Virus record (IMG/VR): IMGVR_UViG_3300030390_000715
Span: 64,001-128,000 of that record
Length of the DNA: 64,000 nucleotides
DNA from: a virus
Reading direction: 5' to 3' (one strand)
Part shown: in pieces, positions 37,033 through 46,229 of the stretch
How the letters are laid out: each line of letters begins with the position of its first letter
Numbering within the stretch: the first letter of the stretch is position 1
Translations under genes and position numbers: made by a program
Notes under the pieces: model-generated
Told to the model about the DNA's origin: nothing
Seen by the model: the letters and a program-made list of their open reading frames with translations, nothing else
Database searches by the model: none

Positions 37033-37065
37033 TATAAATAAAGATTATTAGAAACTATATTTAGT
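37033..37065. promoter_or_regulatory. Late promoter pair serving divergent genes
   Basis: TATAAATA (+) at 37033-37040 for gp48; ACTAAATA (-) at 37058-37065 for gp4. Confidence 0.75.
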
Positions 37066-37078
37066 AAGGTTTAAAAAT

Positions 37079-38251
37079 ATGAATCCTAGTCAAATTAAGA
37101 AAGCGGAGCAGGATGCGCGTAACACAGCACAGTCTATAAGTCAAGACGCGACCAATGTTATTTTTGACAAAAAGATGGAGGGACTTGATGGTACTGAATC
37201 GACTCGTTCTGAAGTCTCGGCTCTTAATGCTAAAACTCGTGAATTCAGATATCCTCTGTCTATGCCTATGTCGGGTAAAGGCTACCCCGGAACAATTACA
37301 TTTACTGCATACAAGATTGATGGTAAACTTGACCTTGGTGCATCTCTAGGATCAGCATTCGATAGAGCTACGAAATTCTTATCAGGTACTGATACAGACA
37401 TTAGTGAGGCTGAAATAGATGCAAGGGCAACCGAAAGCGCGTTGGTCCTTGCAGAACAGAAAGCTAATGCAGGTAAAAAGAATCGATCAACTACGTCTTA
37501 TGAGAATACTTCGCGAGGTGAACCAGTAGGTAAAGTGGTGATGCCCCTCCAAAGAGACTTACGCTTTTCTGACAATGTTACATACGATTCACCACCTCTT
37601 GGAGCATTAGGAGCTGGTCTCGAAGCGATAGGTGGTGGTAGAAATCCATTCGCCGGAGCTACTAACGGTGACGGAACATTCACAACTACTGCGGCTGCCT
37701 TAGCCGCGCAAGCTGTAGCAAAAGCTTCGGGTGCTGGTATTGGTGCTATAGTCGGTAAGTTAGCAGGAAGCGCATTAGGTGGTGCTGTCATAGGATCTGG
37801 AGCGACCGAAGGATTAGGTGATGCTGTTCGAAGTTCGACACGTATATCCTCCGCACCTAATCACAGAACATTATTCAAAGAAGTTCAGCTTCGACAATTC
37901 TCTTTCACATTTAAGATGATAGCAAATAGCGAACGAGAAGCGTTTGAGATAAAGCAGATCATAAAGTTCTTTAGGCAAGAGTTGTATCCTGAAAAGATCA
38001 CAGTAGGTGACGAGAACATACCTATTGCATACAAGTTTCCTAATGTATTTGAACTTCAGGTGAAGAATCAAACAGGTGGTAATCCCGCTTCAAAAATTCA
38101 GCGGTGCTATCTTAAAGATGTGCAAACATCATATAACTCAACGGGTAACGGTCTACATACAGACGGATCGTTTGTAGAATGTGATTTAACGATTAACTTC
38201 CAAGAGATATCAGCACTCGATAAAAACATGATAAGGGACAGAGGATACTAA
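37079..38251 (+). CDS. gp48: Baseplate tail-tube cap gp48
   Basis: RYP, PN...LF..V.LR.FSF.FKM....EREA..I..II.FF...YP, C.L..V..Y, L...F.E. Confidence 0.85.
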   Translation: MNPSQIKKAEQDARNTAQSISQDATNVIFDKKMEGLDGTESTRSEVSALNAKTREFRYPLSMPMSGKGYPGTITFTAYKIDGKLDLGASLGSAFDRATKFLSGTDTDISEAEIDARATESALVLAEQKANAGKKNRSTTSYENTSRGEPVGKVVMPLQRDLRFSDNVTYDSPPLGALGAGLEAIGGGRNPFAGATNGDGTFTTTAAALAAQAVAKASGAGIGAIVGKLAGSALGGAVIGSGATEGLGDAVRSSTRISSAPNHRTLFKEVQLRQFSFTFKMIANSEREAFEIKQIIKFFRQELYPEKITVGDENIPIAYKFPNVFELQVKNQTGGNPASKIQRCYLKDVQTSYNSTGNGLHTDGSFVECDLTINFQEISALDKNMIRDRGY

Positions 38252-39171
38252 TGTCAAATTATTTCGAAAACTTTCCGAGACAACTCTATAAGTTCGGTGA
38301 TGCGGAAGATCCTGTTTACTTTCAAAAGTTAGCCCAATACGTCGATCTAGTCGATAGGGTTGGCGATGATGCAAGTACATATATTGAATATGAGATACTA
38401 GATTTTGATAGACCGGATACCCTAGCACATAAGCTATATGGCACCAGCGAGTATGAGTGGACATTCTTTTCGATGAACCCCCGACTTCGCGAGTCTGGCT
38501 GGCCCATGACTCTTCAAGATGTCAGTGACTATGCGATCAAGAAAGCGTATCCAAATTATGTTTGTCAACTAGGTATTTCTATACCAACAGCCATCGTAGG
38601 CGACTCTGCTGAACTTGGATATGCAGATAGTGCTACAGCAAGAGTTGATGTGTTAGCAAAACATATCGCTATCGCATTTCCTGTCGGGCAGACTGTTACT
38701 ATTGGTAATTTCTACGGTGAAGTACTCGACCTCAATATACAAAATGCTGAAGTGACTATTGGTAATGTCAAAGATAGTGCGAGAAGTACTACGTTCGCTA
38801 CGGGTGATTCTGTAGCAGGTCAAGCCGCTTATTTAGCTCCTACTACTATAACATACGGAACGGCTGATAGCGCAACAATCGCAGTCAATTATCCTATCGT
38901 TTATCAAGACACGATTCCTACTGTCGACTCCGCTATCTCTTTGAATGAAATGCTTTCGGTAAGTACAAAGTATGAATATGAAGGAACACACCATTTCACG
39001 GATTCTGTTGGTGAAGTTGTTGACTATCTATTCTTCGATGGAACGATAACTGCGGTATCGAACATCGATTGGTTGATTGCAGAGAATGACAAGACAAAAA
39101 GAATACGCGTGATCAAGAACCAATTCATTGATAAGATTGTCGGTGAACATAAACGCCTTACTGCGAGATAA
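38251..39171 (+). CDS. gp53: Baseplate wedge protein gp53 with an insertion
   Basis: MS.YF.NFP, DRPD.LA..LYG...Y.W, WP, EN..KR.IRVIK. Confidence 0.85.
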   Translation: MSNYFENFPRQLYKFGDAEDPVYFQKLAQYVDLVDRVGDDASTYIEYEILDFDRPDTLAHKLYGTSEYEWTFFSMNPRLRESGWPMTLQDVSDYAIKKAYPNYVCQLGISIPTAIVGDSAELGYADSATARVDVLAKHIAIAFPVGQTVTIGNFYGEVLDLNIQNAEVTIGNVKDSARSTTFATGDSVAGQAAYLAPTTITYGTADSATIAVNYPIVYQDTIPTVDSAISLNEMLSVSTKYEYEGTHHFTDSVGEVVDYLFFDGTITAVSNIDWLIAENDKTKRIRVIKNQFIDKIVGEHKRLTAR

Positions 39172-39174
39172 TTA

Positions 39175-40530
39175 ATGCCTTCGACTCAATCACAATTTAG
39201 TATACTAGAAGCCTCGATAATATCTACGTCCACATATGATGACGAAAGTGTTGTTGATGTAAAAAGTAATGTTCTTGAATTACAATTCTTCGAGCATATT
39301 GGTAAACCTTTTGTCGATGCTAAGATAGTGCTTATCGATGATATGGGTTTAAAAGATGCGCTAGGAATTCAAGGCACAGAGAAGTTTCGAATTGTTATTG
39401 GTGATCCATCGGGTCTCGAAGAACCTTCGATTGTCAAGTATTTTTACATATCAAATATTACACAGACAAAGAAGCTCAATGATCGAAGCGAAATGTTAGC
39501 GATTGATCTAGTAGAGGAGCAAGTGTTCGTTGACGCGGTAAAGCAGTTTAGTAGGTCTTACACCTCAACACTCGAAGATATGATCACTAGTATTTGTGAA
39601 CGTGATCTAGGAAAGACTGTAGATAAAGAAGATTTCGAAGGTAGCGTACAGGGCGTTAGAAAAGTCATTATACCTTTCATGAGCCCTTTGAGCGCAATTC
39701 AGTGGCTGAAGAATCGGGCTACGAGCAAAATTGGTGCACCCATCTATCTGTACTCAAGTCTATATCAAGACGAATTGAAGATGGCTAACTTAGACAAACT
39801 ATTGCAAGCTGATGTAATCAATGATAAACTGCCCCTTAGATTTTCGAAGGCTGTTCAAGGAACAGACGATCCTCTTAGACCTTATTTTGAAGTTTTAGAG
39901 TTAAACGAGATCGGGGGTGATAACGCACTAGAACTTTACGAAGATGGTGCGATCGGCTCTTTCTACTCAAACCTCGATGCAGGTACAGGAAACTCAGTTG
40001 ACAACCACATAACGATTCGTGATATCATTGACGAGTTCTATACGAACGACTTAATCTCTGCTGATACAATTCAATCGATATATGACGATGCTTTGCTGAT
40101 TGGAGGCAAGCTGTCAGATACGTACAACTCTTTACATATTCACCAAGTGACTTCGAGCGGAACTTACAACCAATTCCTCAGTTATCACGACGAATCGACT
40201 CTTCTTGACGATAAAAATAATATAATCGAATCGAGATTAAAGGTTAAAAATAAAATCATTCGTGCTATAATGAAAAAGAATATGATTGATATTGGCATAG
40301 ATGGAAGTATGCTTATTCGAGGTGAAGTTACTGTCGGTAATAAACTCCGCGTGTTATTCTTAAAATCTGATGCTAACGGAGACGAGAAGGATTTAAGCGA
40401 ACAGGTAGACATGAGCAAGTCTGGTGATTATTTTATTGTTGCGATAAATAATAAAATGTCAAGCGAGAGTCATGTAGCACAATTAAGACTGTCTAAACTA
40501 GGTGACCTACCGGATAACTTCACACTATGA
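39175..40530 (+). CDS. Baseplate hub protein (gp27-like)
   Basis: Position between gp53 and gp5; IQG.E, IIP..SPL.AI.WL, D...SG.Y.I. Confidence 0.6.
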   Translation: MPSTQSQFSILEASIISTSTYDDESVVDVKSNVLELQFFEHIGKPFVDAKIVLIDDMGLKDALGIQGTEKFRIVIGDPSGLEEPSIVKYFYISNITQTKKLNDRSEMLAIDLVEEQVFVDAVKQFSRSYTSTLEDMITSICERDLGKTVDKEDFEGSVQGVRKVIIPFMSPLSAIQWLKNRATSKIGAPIYLYSSLYQDELKMANLDKLLQADVINDKLPLRFSKAVQGTDDPLRPYFEVLELNEIGGDNALELYEDGAIGSFYSNLDAGTGNSVDNHITIRDIIDEFYTNDLISADTIQSIYDDALLIGGKLSDTYNSLHIHQVTSSGTYNQFLSYHDESTLLDDKNNIIESRLKVKNKIIRAIMKKNMIDIGIDGSMLIRGEVTVGNKLRVLFLKSDANGDEKDLSEQVDMSKSGDYFIVAINNKMSSESHVAQLRLSKLGDLPDNFTL

Positions 40531-41408
40531 ATATTCTAACTCCTATTCAAAAAGAATTTTACGGTGATGACCTTCGTTGGTTCTTAGGCACATGTATTAA
40601 TGCACACCCACCTGCAGGACTAGAGGGGCGCGTAAAAGTTCGAATCAACGGAGTTCATAGCGCAAGTACCGCTGATATTCCGGAGAGGGATTTACCTTGG
40701 GCTCAAGTTCTATTGCCAACTACTGAAGGTGGTTCTTCAGGTATTGGTCGTATTCCTCAGATAGTACAAGGCTCGTTCGTCTTTGGTATGTTCATGGACG
40801 GAGTATCTTCGCAATTGCCCTTAGTACTAGGAACATTACCTAGAATAGAATTACCTTCTTCTGTACAGACTGATCGACGTACTTCAAACGAGAGTGCAAC
40901 GGACTATACAAAACGCAGATTACAGAATGTTACTACTCAAAAATTCAAAGATGATGGTGTACGAAACGCCTCTGTTGGATTACGTAGACAACAATCGATG
41001 AAGTTCTTTATTGATAATGGATATGATTTAATTCAAGCCTCAGCTATTACAGGTGCGCTTCAGGCTGAATCGCGATTCATTTTATACGACGAGCAGTGGT
41101 ATGATTCACTAACTACTCCTAAACTTGGCATTGCTAACTGGAGAAAAGTAGCTACGCTTGGTAGTCGATATACTAATCTATTGAATTTTGCTTCTCAATT
41201 CTCACCCAACGCTGACTGGAAATTATTCTCTATTCAGTTGCAGTTCGTGTTGTATGAATTGAGGAACGATTTCAATCAAGTCAATAGTCGTTTAATAGCA
41301 ACCACTAATGTCAAGGATGCGAGTGAAGTTGTCAATAGATACTATCTCAAGAACACGAATGAAAGCTACAAGTTGGCTCAACAAGCCTACGAAGAGGTCT
41401 TATCATAA
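40527..41408 (+). CDS. gp5 N-terminal OB-fold fused to a phage tail lysozyme-like domain
   Basis: WF.G, GRVKVRI.G.H, LPWA, VFG.F.DG..SQ.P.VLG; then A.AI.G.L..ES, GIA.W, QL.F..YEL. Confidence 0.8.
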   Translation: MNILTPIQKEFYGDDLRWFLGTCINAHPPAGLEGRVKVRINGVHSASTADIPERDLPWAQVLLPTTEGGSSGIGRIPQIVQGSFVFGMFMDGVSSQLPLVLGTLPRIELPSSVQTDRRTSNESATDYTKRRLQNVTTQKFKDDGVRNASVGLRRQQSMKFFIDNGYDLIQASAITGALQAESRFILYDEQWYDSLTTPKLGIANWRKVATLGSRYTNLLNFASQFSPNADWKLFSIQLQFVLYELRNDFNQVNSRLIATTNVKDASEVVNRYYLKNTNESYKLAQQAYEEVLS

Positions 41409-43318
41409 TGAGCAATGACGTATTAAAGAGTGAAGTCGAAGCAAGTTTTAAATCAATCGACGAAACTCCTATTATCGAAAACTCTAAAAGAGCGATTGAA
41501 AGCCAAAAGAATACTGCTGAAACAATAGCGGGTTCTATCGCAGGTCAAGTAGAAGGTGGCATTCAATCCATCACCTCTAAAATAGACGAATATAGCGATA
41601 AAGTAAACACTGTATCTACAGAAGGATTACTCGACGATGGACTTCAAAGTCTCAAGGGTATGGGTACCGATGCAGTCAATACAGCAATATCAGGCTTTTT
41701 AGGTTCAAGCGGATCTTCTGTTAAAGTTGTATTTACTGATCCAGATTCTAACGGTATGGTATACCCACTATCATCATCGCTCGAAGCGTCCGGTGGTGCG
41801 AGTGCTACGGTATCAGCGATACTTCAGTTGATCACAGGACTAGGAGTAGGACCAGGCAGTCTTCAGAAAGTAGTTGCTGATGCAAGCCCCGCTGGACTAA
41901 TCAGCGCAACAAAATCCATTACTGGTAAATTAGGCGCATTCGATGGGGCTGAAGCTATCGCTTCGCTCACAGAAAATGCTATCAACTCAGTCAAGATCGA
42001 TCTAGAAAATGCCACAACGGGCAGTCTGGCTAACATCAAAGATAATAGCGGTAATGTTCTTAATACACTTAATAAGACAATAACGAATATTCCTTCGACT
42101 TGGGATTCTGACGGCATTGTCACTTCAGTAACATCTATTACGGGTGTCGCTAAAAATAACGATAGCGCATTCAATCTGTCTATGACTGATCTTGATAATT
42201 CTATTGTCGACCTTAAAGGTGCAGTGACTAAGAGCCAAGACATCTCAGCTAATTCCGCAGGACAAGTTTCTGATCTAACTAATCTATCAGGTGGCAAAGA
42301 CGGCACGTCCGTAAAGTCTGATCTTGATAATGGCGCGAATTACTATAGAGCTAATTTCTCAAAGAGTGGCGACGAGTATAGAAGTGTTGTTAAAAGAAGA
42401 GTGGCTAAAGATTCTAAGAGAGGAATTATACAAGGTATTAGTCAAGACGCTCTCAGCGACATTAGGAGTCGTTTCACAGCATTCAATTCACCCTTCACGC
42501 TGTCTGATGTTGTTATCAACGAAGTAATCAATTTATCGCAAGGAGATGTCGCTGATTTTTCGCAAGCAGTTAAACTCCTACATGATCAAACTGGTAAAGA
42601 GTATGATGTTGTTAAATCATTCTTACAGACAATCGATACGACAATCCATGCGGCAACAAGACCCGTATTATCTGATATAGTCTTTGCGGAGCCTTATGTT
42701 ATTGGTTCATATCAAAAGAATTGGAATAAAGGCGCAGGCGATCCAGTCTTTCCGTACATATCTTCGCTCGAAGAATTACGGGCTGAAATCAAGAATATAC
42801 AGCGAGAAGTTACTGAAGTTGTTGTGCATTGGACCGAGACCCATACAGATAAGAATATAGGTTCTGAAGAAGTCAATAAATATCATTTAGTCGCTGGGTT
42901 AGATGGAATTGGCTATCACTACATTATTCGTCGCGATGGTTCTCTTCAGAGAGGTCGACCCATTAATATACAAGGTCAACACTCACCAAAGAACTTTCAC
43001 GATCTCCGTAGTTTATCGATAGCGTTTGTTGGTGGAATTAACGTACCGAGCGGTACACCCAATAGTGAAAACTTCTTGTCCGCACAGTCGTTGACCCGTA
43101 GTCAGTTTAACACATTCGATCATGTCTGTCGAGCAATATATAATGCTATTCCTGGTATTCAAATTGTAGGTCATATCGATATAGATGATGATGAATTAGA
43201 TCCAGGCTTTGATGTTATATCCTACGCACAATCGAACTTTGGATTAAAGAGCGAGTTCAAGACTCCGCTCAAGCAACAACCCTTTACAGCTAAAGAGTTA
43301 TTAACAAATGACGAATAA
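41408..43318 (+). CDS. Baseplate-associated protein with a C-terminal N-acetylmuramoyl-L-alanine amidase (T7-lysozyme-like) domain
   Basis: VVHWTET, IGYHYIIRRDG.LQRGRP, H, FVGG, IVGH, PGFDV. Confidence 0.8.
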   Translation: MSNDVLKSEVEASFKSIDETPIIENSKRAIESQKNTAETIAGSIAGQVEGGIQSITSKIDEYSDKVNTVSTEGLLDDGLQSLKGMGTDAVNTAISGFLGSSGSSVKVVFTDPDSNGMVYPLSSSLEASGGASATVSAILQLITGLGVGPGSLQKVVADASPAGLISATKSITGKLGAFDGAEAIASLTENAINSVKIDLENATTGSLANIKDNSGNVLNTLNKTITNIPSTWDSDGIVTSVTSITGVAKNNDSAFNLSMTDLDNSIVDLKGAVTKSQDISANSAGQVSDLTNLSGGKDGTSVKSDLDNGANYYRANFSKSGDEYRSVVKRRVAKDSKRGIIQGISQDALSDIRSRFTAFNSPFTLSDVVINEVINLSQGDVADFSQAVKLLHDQTGKEYDVVKSFLQTIDTTIHAATRPVLSDIVFAEPYVIGSYQKNWNKGAGDPVFPYISSLEELRAEIKNIQREVTEVVVHWTETHTDKNIGSEEVNKYHLVAGLDGIGYHYIIRRDGSLQRGRPINIQGQHSPKNFHDLRSLSIAFVGGINVPSGTPNSENFLSAQSLTRSQFNTFDHVCRAIYNAIPGIQIVGHIDIDDDELDPGFDVISYAQSNFGLKSEFKTPLKQQPFTAKELLTNDE

Positions 43319-44762
43319 AGTAGATAATTTAGACGCACGAGAAAAAAATCTAGGTGTTGGTCAAGAAGATACCGTCGGTGTGCCAAAGGATGGATTCAGT
43401 GATCCGTCAGGCGAATTTCCTAAGCGAGAATATTTCTTTAGCTCAAGTGTAAACAAAGCCGCTAAAGGCGAGAAAGTTAATAATCTTGATATTGGTGGTG
43501 GTGATCTAGGTGTATCGATTGATATGCCTAGCCAAGAGCCTTCGATGTATCCTCACAACGATACTAACGAAACTCCTTCGGGTCATGTTATCGAGTATGA
43601 CGATACGCCCGGGGGTGAAAGAATATTATTAAAGCACAGAACAGGCGCTGGTGTAGAAATGAGGGCTGACGGCACAGTAGTTGTCGTGTCTAAAAATAAA
43701 AGAATTGAAGTGACAGGCGGTGATCATACCGCAATTATTGAAGGGGATGGTGATCTTGTTTATAAAGGTAGTCTTAATTTACGTGTTAGTGGTGATTATA
43801 ATGTCGACGTGGGTGGCGATTATAAAGTCACTGTCGCCGGTGACACCAAAGAAAGTATAAAAGGTCGGCACAACAAAACTGTCGGTAAAGATCAGAACTA
43901 TACGATACGAGGTTCGAGAGGAGCGCAAGTGGTAGGTATGAACACCGAAACACTATTAGGCTCTACTAATGTATTAGTTAAAGGTGATCAGAAAAATTAT
44001 GTTGAAGGTGATATTGAGATGTTATCGTCTAACAATATTACACAAACTGCTGTCAACGAGTGGGTCGTCGCGTCGAGCGTGGCAGGTATTAGCGCAAGAC
44101 ATATTAGCGTTATCGGTCATAAAGGAACAATAGGTGGTTCAACAATTGACTATTACGGCAAGACGTATGGTGGTATGCCAGGAGGTCTAACTAATCTTGC
44201 GACATTCTACGGAACATTGGTCGGTAAAGCTACAGAAGCGAATCATGCAGATTATGCTATTAAATCATCTATCGCAGAATATGCAAGTGGTGCGGCTAAG
44301 GCGTTAGTAGCCGCTAAAGAAAAGCCAACTACAATTTCATCCCCTAATCCAATACCCGGAATTATGACATATCTTCCTTTAGCACCCACAGCACCTTTAC
44401 CAAACCCCGCTATAGTAGAGATGCAGTTATCGACAAGCAACTACGGAATCAGAAATGTTGAGGTCGACCCTTTACTTAAAGAAAAGATAAGTAAGTCGGA
44501 TGACTACAAAGAATTGTTTAATGAAGATCCTTCGATTCATGAGATAAGATCGAAGCTAAGAGATACAGCGCATTTTAACAATAATGCATTTACGAGCTTT
44601 CTTGTAAGTGAAAATAAACTTAACAGAGATTTTAAAAAGAACATTCCTAGAAACATTGGTAGATCAGCAAATAAGAAAGGAACAATTCATTTCGGAACTA
44701 CTACATTAGGAAACAATCCCGCTGACACGAGAAGCAAAAGATTTAAGGTGAACACAAAATGA
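43308..44762 (+). CDS. gp5 C-terminal beta-helix spike protein
   Basis: F.DP.G.FP, YPHN...T.SGHVIEYDDTPG.ERI..KHRTG, V.GD repeats. Confidence 0.85.
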   Translation: MTNKVDNLDAREKNLGVGQEDTVGVPKDGFSDPSGEFPKREYFFSSSVNKAAKGEKVNNLDIGGGDLGVSIDMPSQEPSMYPHNDTNETPSGHVIEYDDTPGGERILLKHRTGAGVEMRADGTVVVVSKNKRIEVTGGDHTAIIEGDGDLVYKGSLNLRVSGDYNVDVGGDYKVTVAGDTKESIKGRHNKTVGKDQNYTIRGSRGAQVVGMNTETLLGSTNVLVKGDQKNYVEGDIEMLSSNNITQTAVNEWVVASSVAGISARHISVIGHKGTIGGSTIDYYGKTYGGMPGGLTNLATFYGTLVGKATEANHADYAIKSSIAEYASGAAKALVAAKEKPTTISSPNPIPGIMTYLPLAPTAPLPNPAIVEMQLSTSNYGIRNVEVDPLLKEKISKSDDYKELFNEDPSIHEIRSKLRDTAHFNNNAFTSFLVSENKLNRDFKKNIPRNIGRSANKKGTIHFGTTTLGNNPADTRSKRFKVNTK

Positions 44763-45517
44763 TACTACTGGTTAATCCACAATATAATCCTGACTTCGAA
44801 GATGATATAACGTCTACGACTAAACTAGGTCCTGGCATATCTCTTGCGAAGTTCTTAGGTGCTAAAGGATCGCGTACACAACTTGATACGCTATATGCGG
44901 AAGACTTCTTTGGTGCACCTGATAAAAGACAGATTGCTCGTAATCTAGTCCTACACACTCAAGTCATCCAGTCAGTAATAGCAAACTCGTTTTTCTCTAG
45001 GCATCGCTTAGTTGTGAGCGAAGGAATATACGAACCTAATCCAAAGTTCACAGTAGAAGAACGCGCTGTCGGGAGTGAAGCGCAAGCTAAGAAACTAGCG
45101 AGTGAAAATAAAGGATCGTTTGGTAAAGGTCCGGACGGATGGATAGCTCGTATTCCAACTTATATCGGTGAGAGACCCACCGCTGGCAGTATCAATGATT
45201 TAAGAAGAACCGGTAGAGCCGTAGCGTATCAGCTTGTCGACAAGAAAGGTAAGTCAGACCCACAAATGTCGTTTGACCTAGCAGTGTACTTAAAAGACTA
45301 TTGCAATTATGATAAACTGACACTTGACTACGATACGTTCGATCCGTCGGGTGATCTCACATGCTCGATTATATTAGAGATGCCAAAAGTTCCAACAACA
45401 TACGACCTTTCATTTAAATATGATCTTGAAACGACATACAATGGTGAGCTTCAAGCAAAAGACGAACTACTCGAAATACTTCCTGAAGTAGAAAGTATAT
45501 TTGATTTCTTCTCTTGA
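44759..45517 (+). CDS. Hypothetical baseplate-region protein
   Basis: Coupled to the gp5 spike gene; no clear catalytic motif. Confidence 0.55.
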   Translation: MILLVNPQYNPDFEDDITSTTKLGPGISLAKFLGAKGSRTQLDTLYAEDFFGAPDKRQIARNLVLHTQVIQSVIANSFFSRHRLVVSEGIYEPNPKFTVEERAVGSEAQAKKLASENKGSFGKGPDGWIARIPTYIGERPTAGSINDLRRTGRAVAYQLVDKKGKSDPQMSFDLAVYLKDYCNYDKLTLDYDTFDPSGDLTCSIILEMPKVPTTYDLSFKYDLETTYNGELQAKDELLEILPEVESIFDFFS

Positions 45518-45523
45518 AAAGAC

Positions 45524-45531
45524 TATAAATA
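45524..45531 (+). promoter_or_regulatory. T4 late promoter
   Basis: TATAAATA upstream of gp25. Confidence 0.8.
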
Positions 45532-45551
45532 AAAGAAAAGGGCGATAATGC

Positions 45552-46214
45552 ATGGCTAAGATTTTCTCTACAGAGGACGGTAAACTTAACACTAGTGTTA
45601 GGCTTACGAGCGAACGACTGTATACTGACTTCGATCTAGTCTTCGAGAAAAAGACATCTACGGATGGCGATATCTTTAAAAAGACCGATGCGGGTGCAGT
45701 AAAGCAGGCTATTAAAACTCTGCTATTAACTAATCGTTTCGAGAAGCCTTATAGACCACAATTCGGTGCTGACCTATATTCACTATTGTTTAGTCTAGCT
45801 GACGAAGAATCGGGCGAAGAAATATCTTCGGCTATCACAGAAGCGATTGAACGATACGAGCCAAGGGTTGCAGTACAGAGACTTCAAGTATCAGCCACAC
45901 CTGATTACAATACGGTCGATGTTACAATAGAATTTCGTGTTATCAATACACAATTAATTGATACACTGCGATTAAGTATCACTGATCAAATAGCCGGACC
46001 AGATAGAGGCGTGGTTGTTCCTGTCACTGTAGCTGATATACCTCAACAAGTAATTAAGACTGAATACGATAATCGCATATTATCAGAGTTTGGACTTTAC
46101 TTGTCAAGAGATATAGGTAAAACTATTGACGGTGCAATTCTAACTCAAGACGGTGACGAAATAGCATTCGCAGATACTTCTGGCAATGTACTTATCATAT
46201 CTACCCCATCTTAA
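45552..46214 (+). CDS. gp25: Baseplate wedge protein gp25 with a C-terminal extension
   Basis: Y.D.DL.F, AVKQAIK.LLLT...EKP..P.FG, I..YEPRV. Confidence 0.88.
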   Translation: MAKIFSTEDGKLNTSVRLTSERLYTDFDLVFEKKTSTDGDIFKKTDAGAVKQAIKTLLLTNRFEKPYRPQFGADLYSLLFSLADEESGEEISSAITEAIERYEPRVAVQRLQVSATPDYNTVDVTIEFRVINTQLIDTLRLSITDQIAGPDRGVVVPVTVADIPQQVIKTEYDNRILSEFGLYLSRDIGKTIDGAILTQDGDEIAFADTSGNVLIISTPS

Positions 46215-46229
46215 CGGAGAGAAAGCGTA

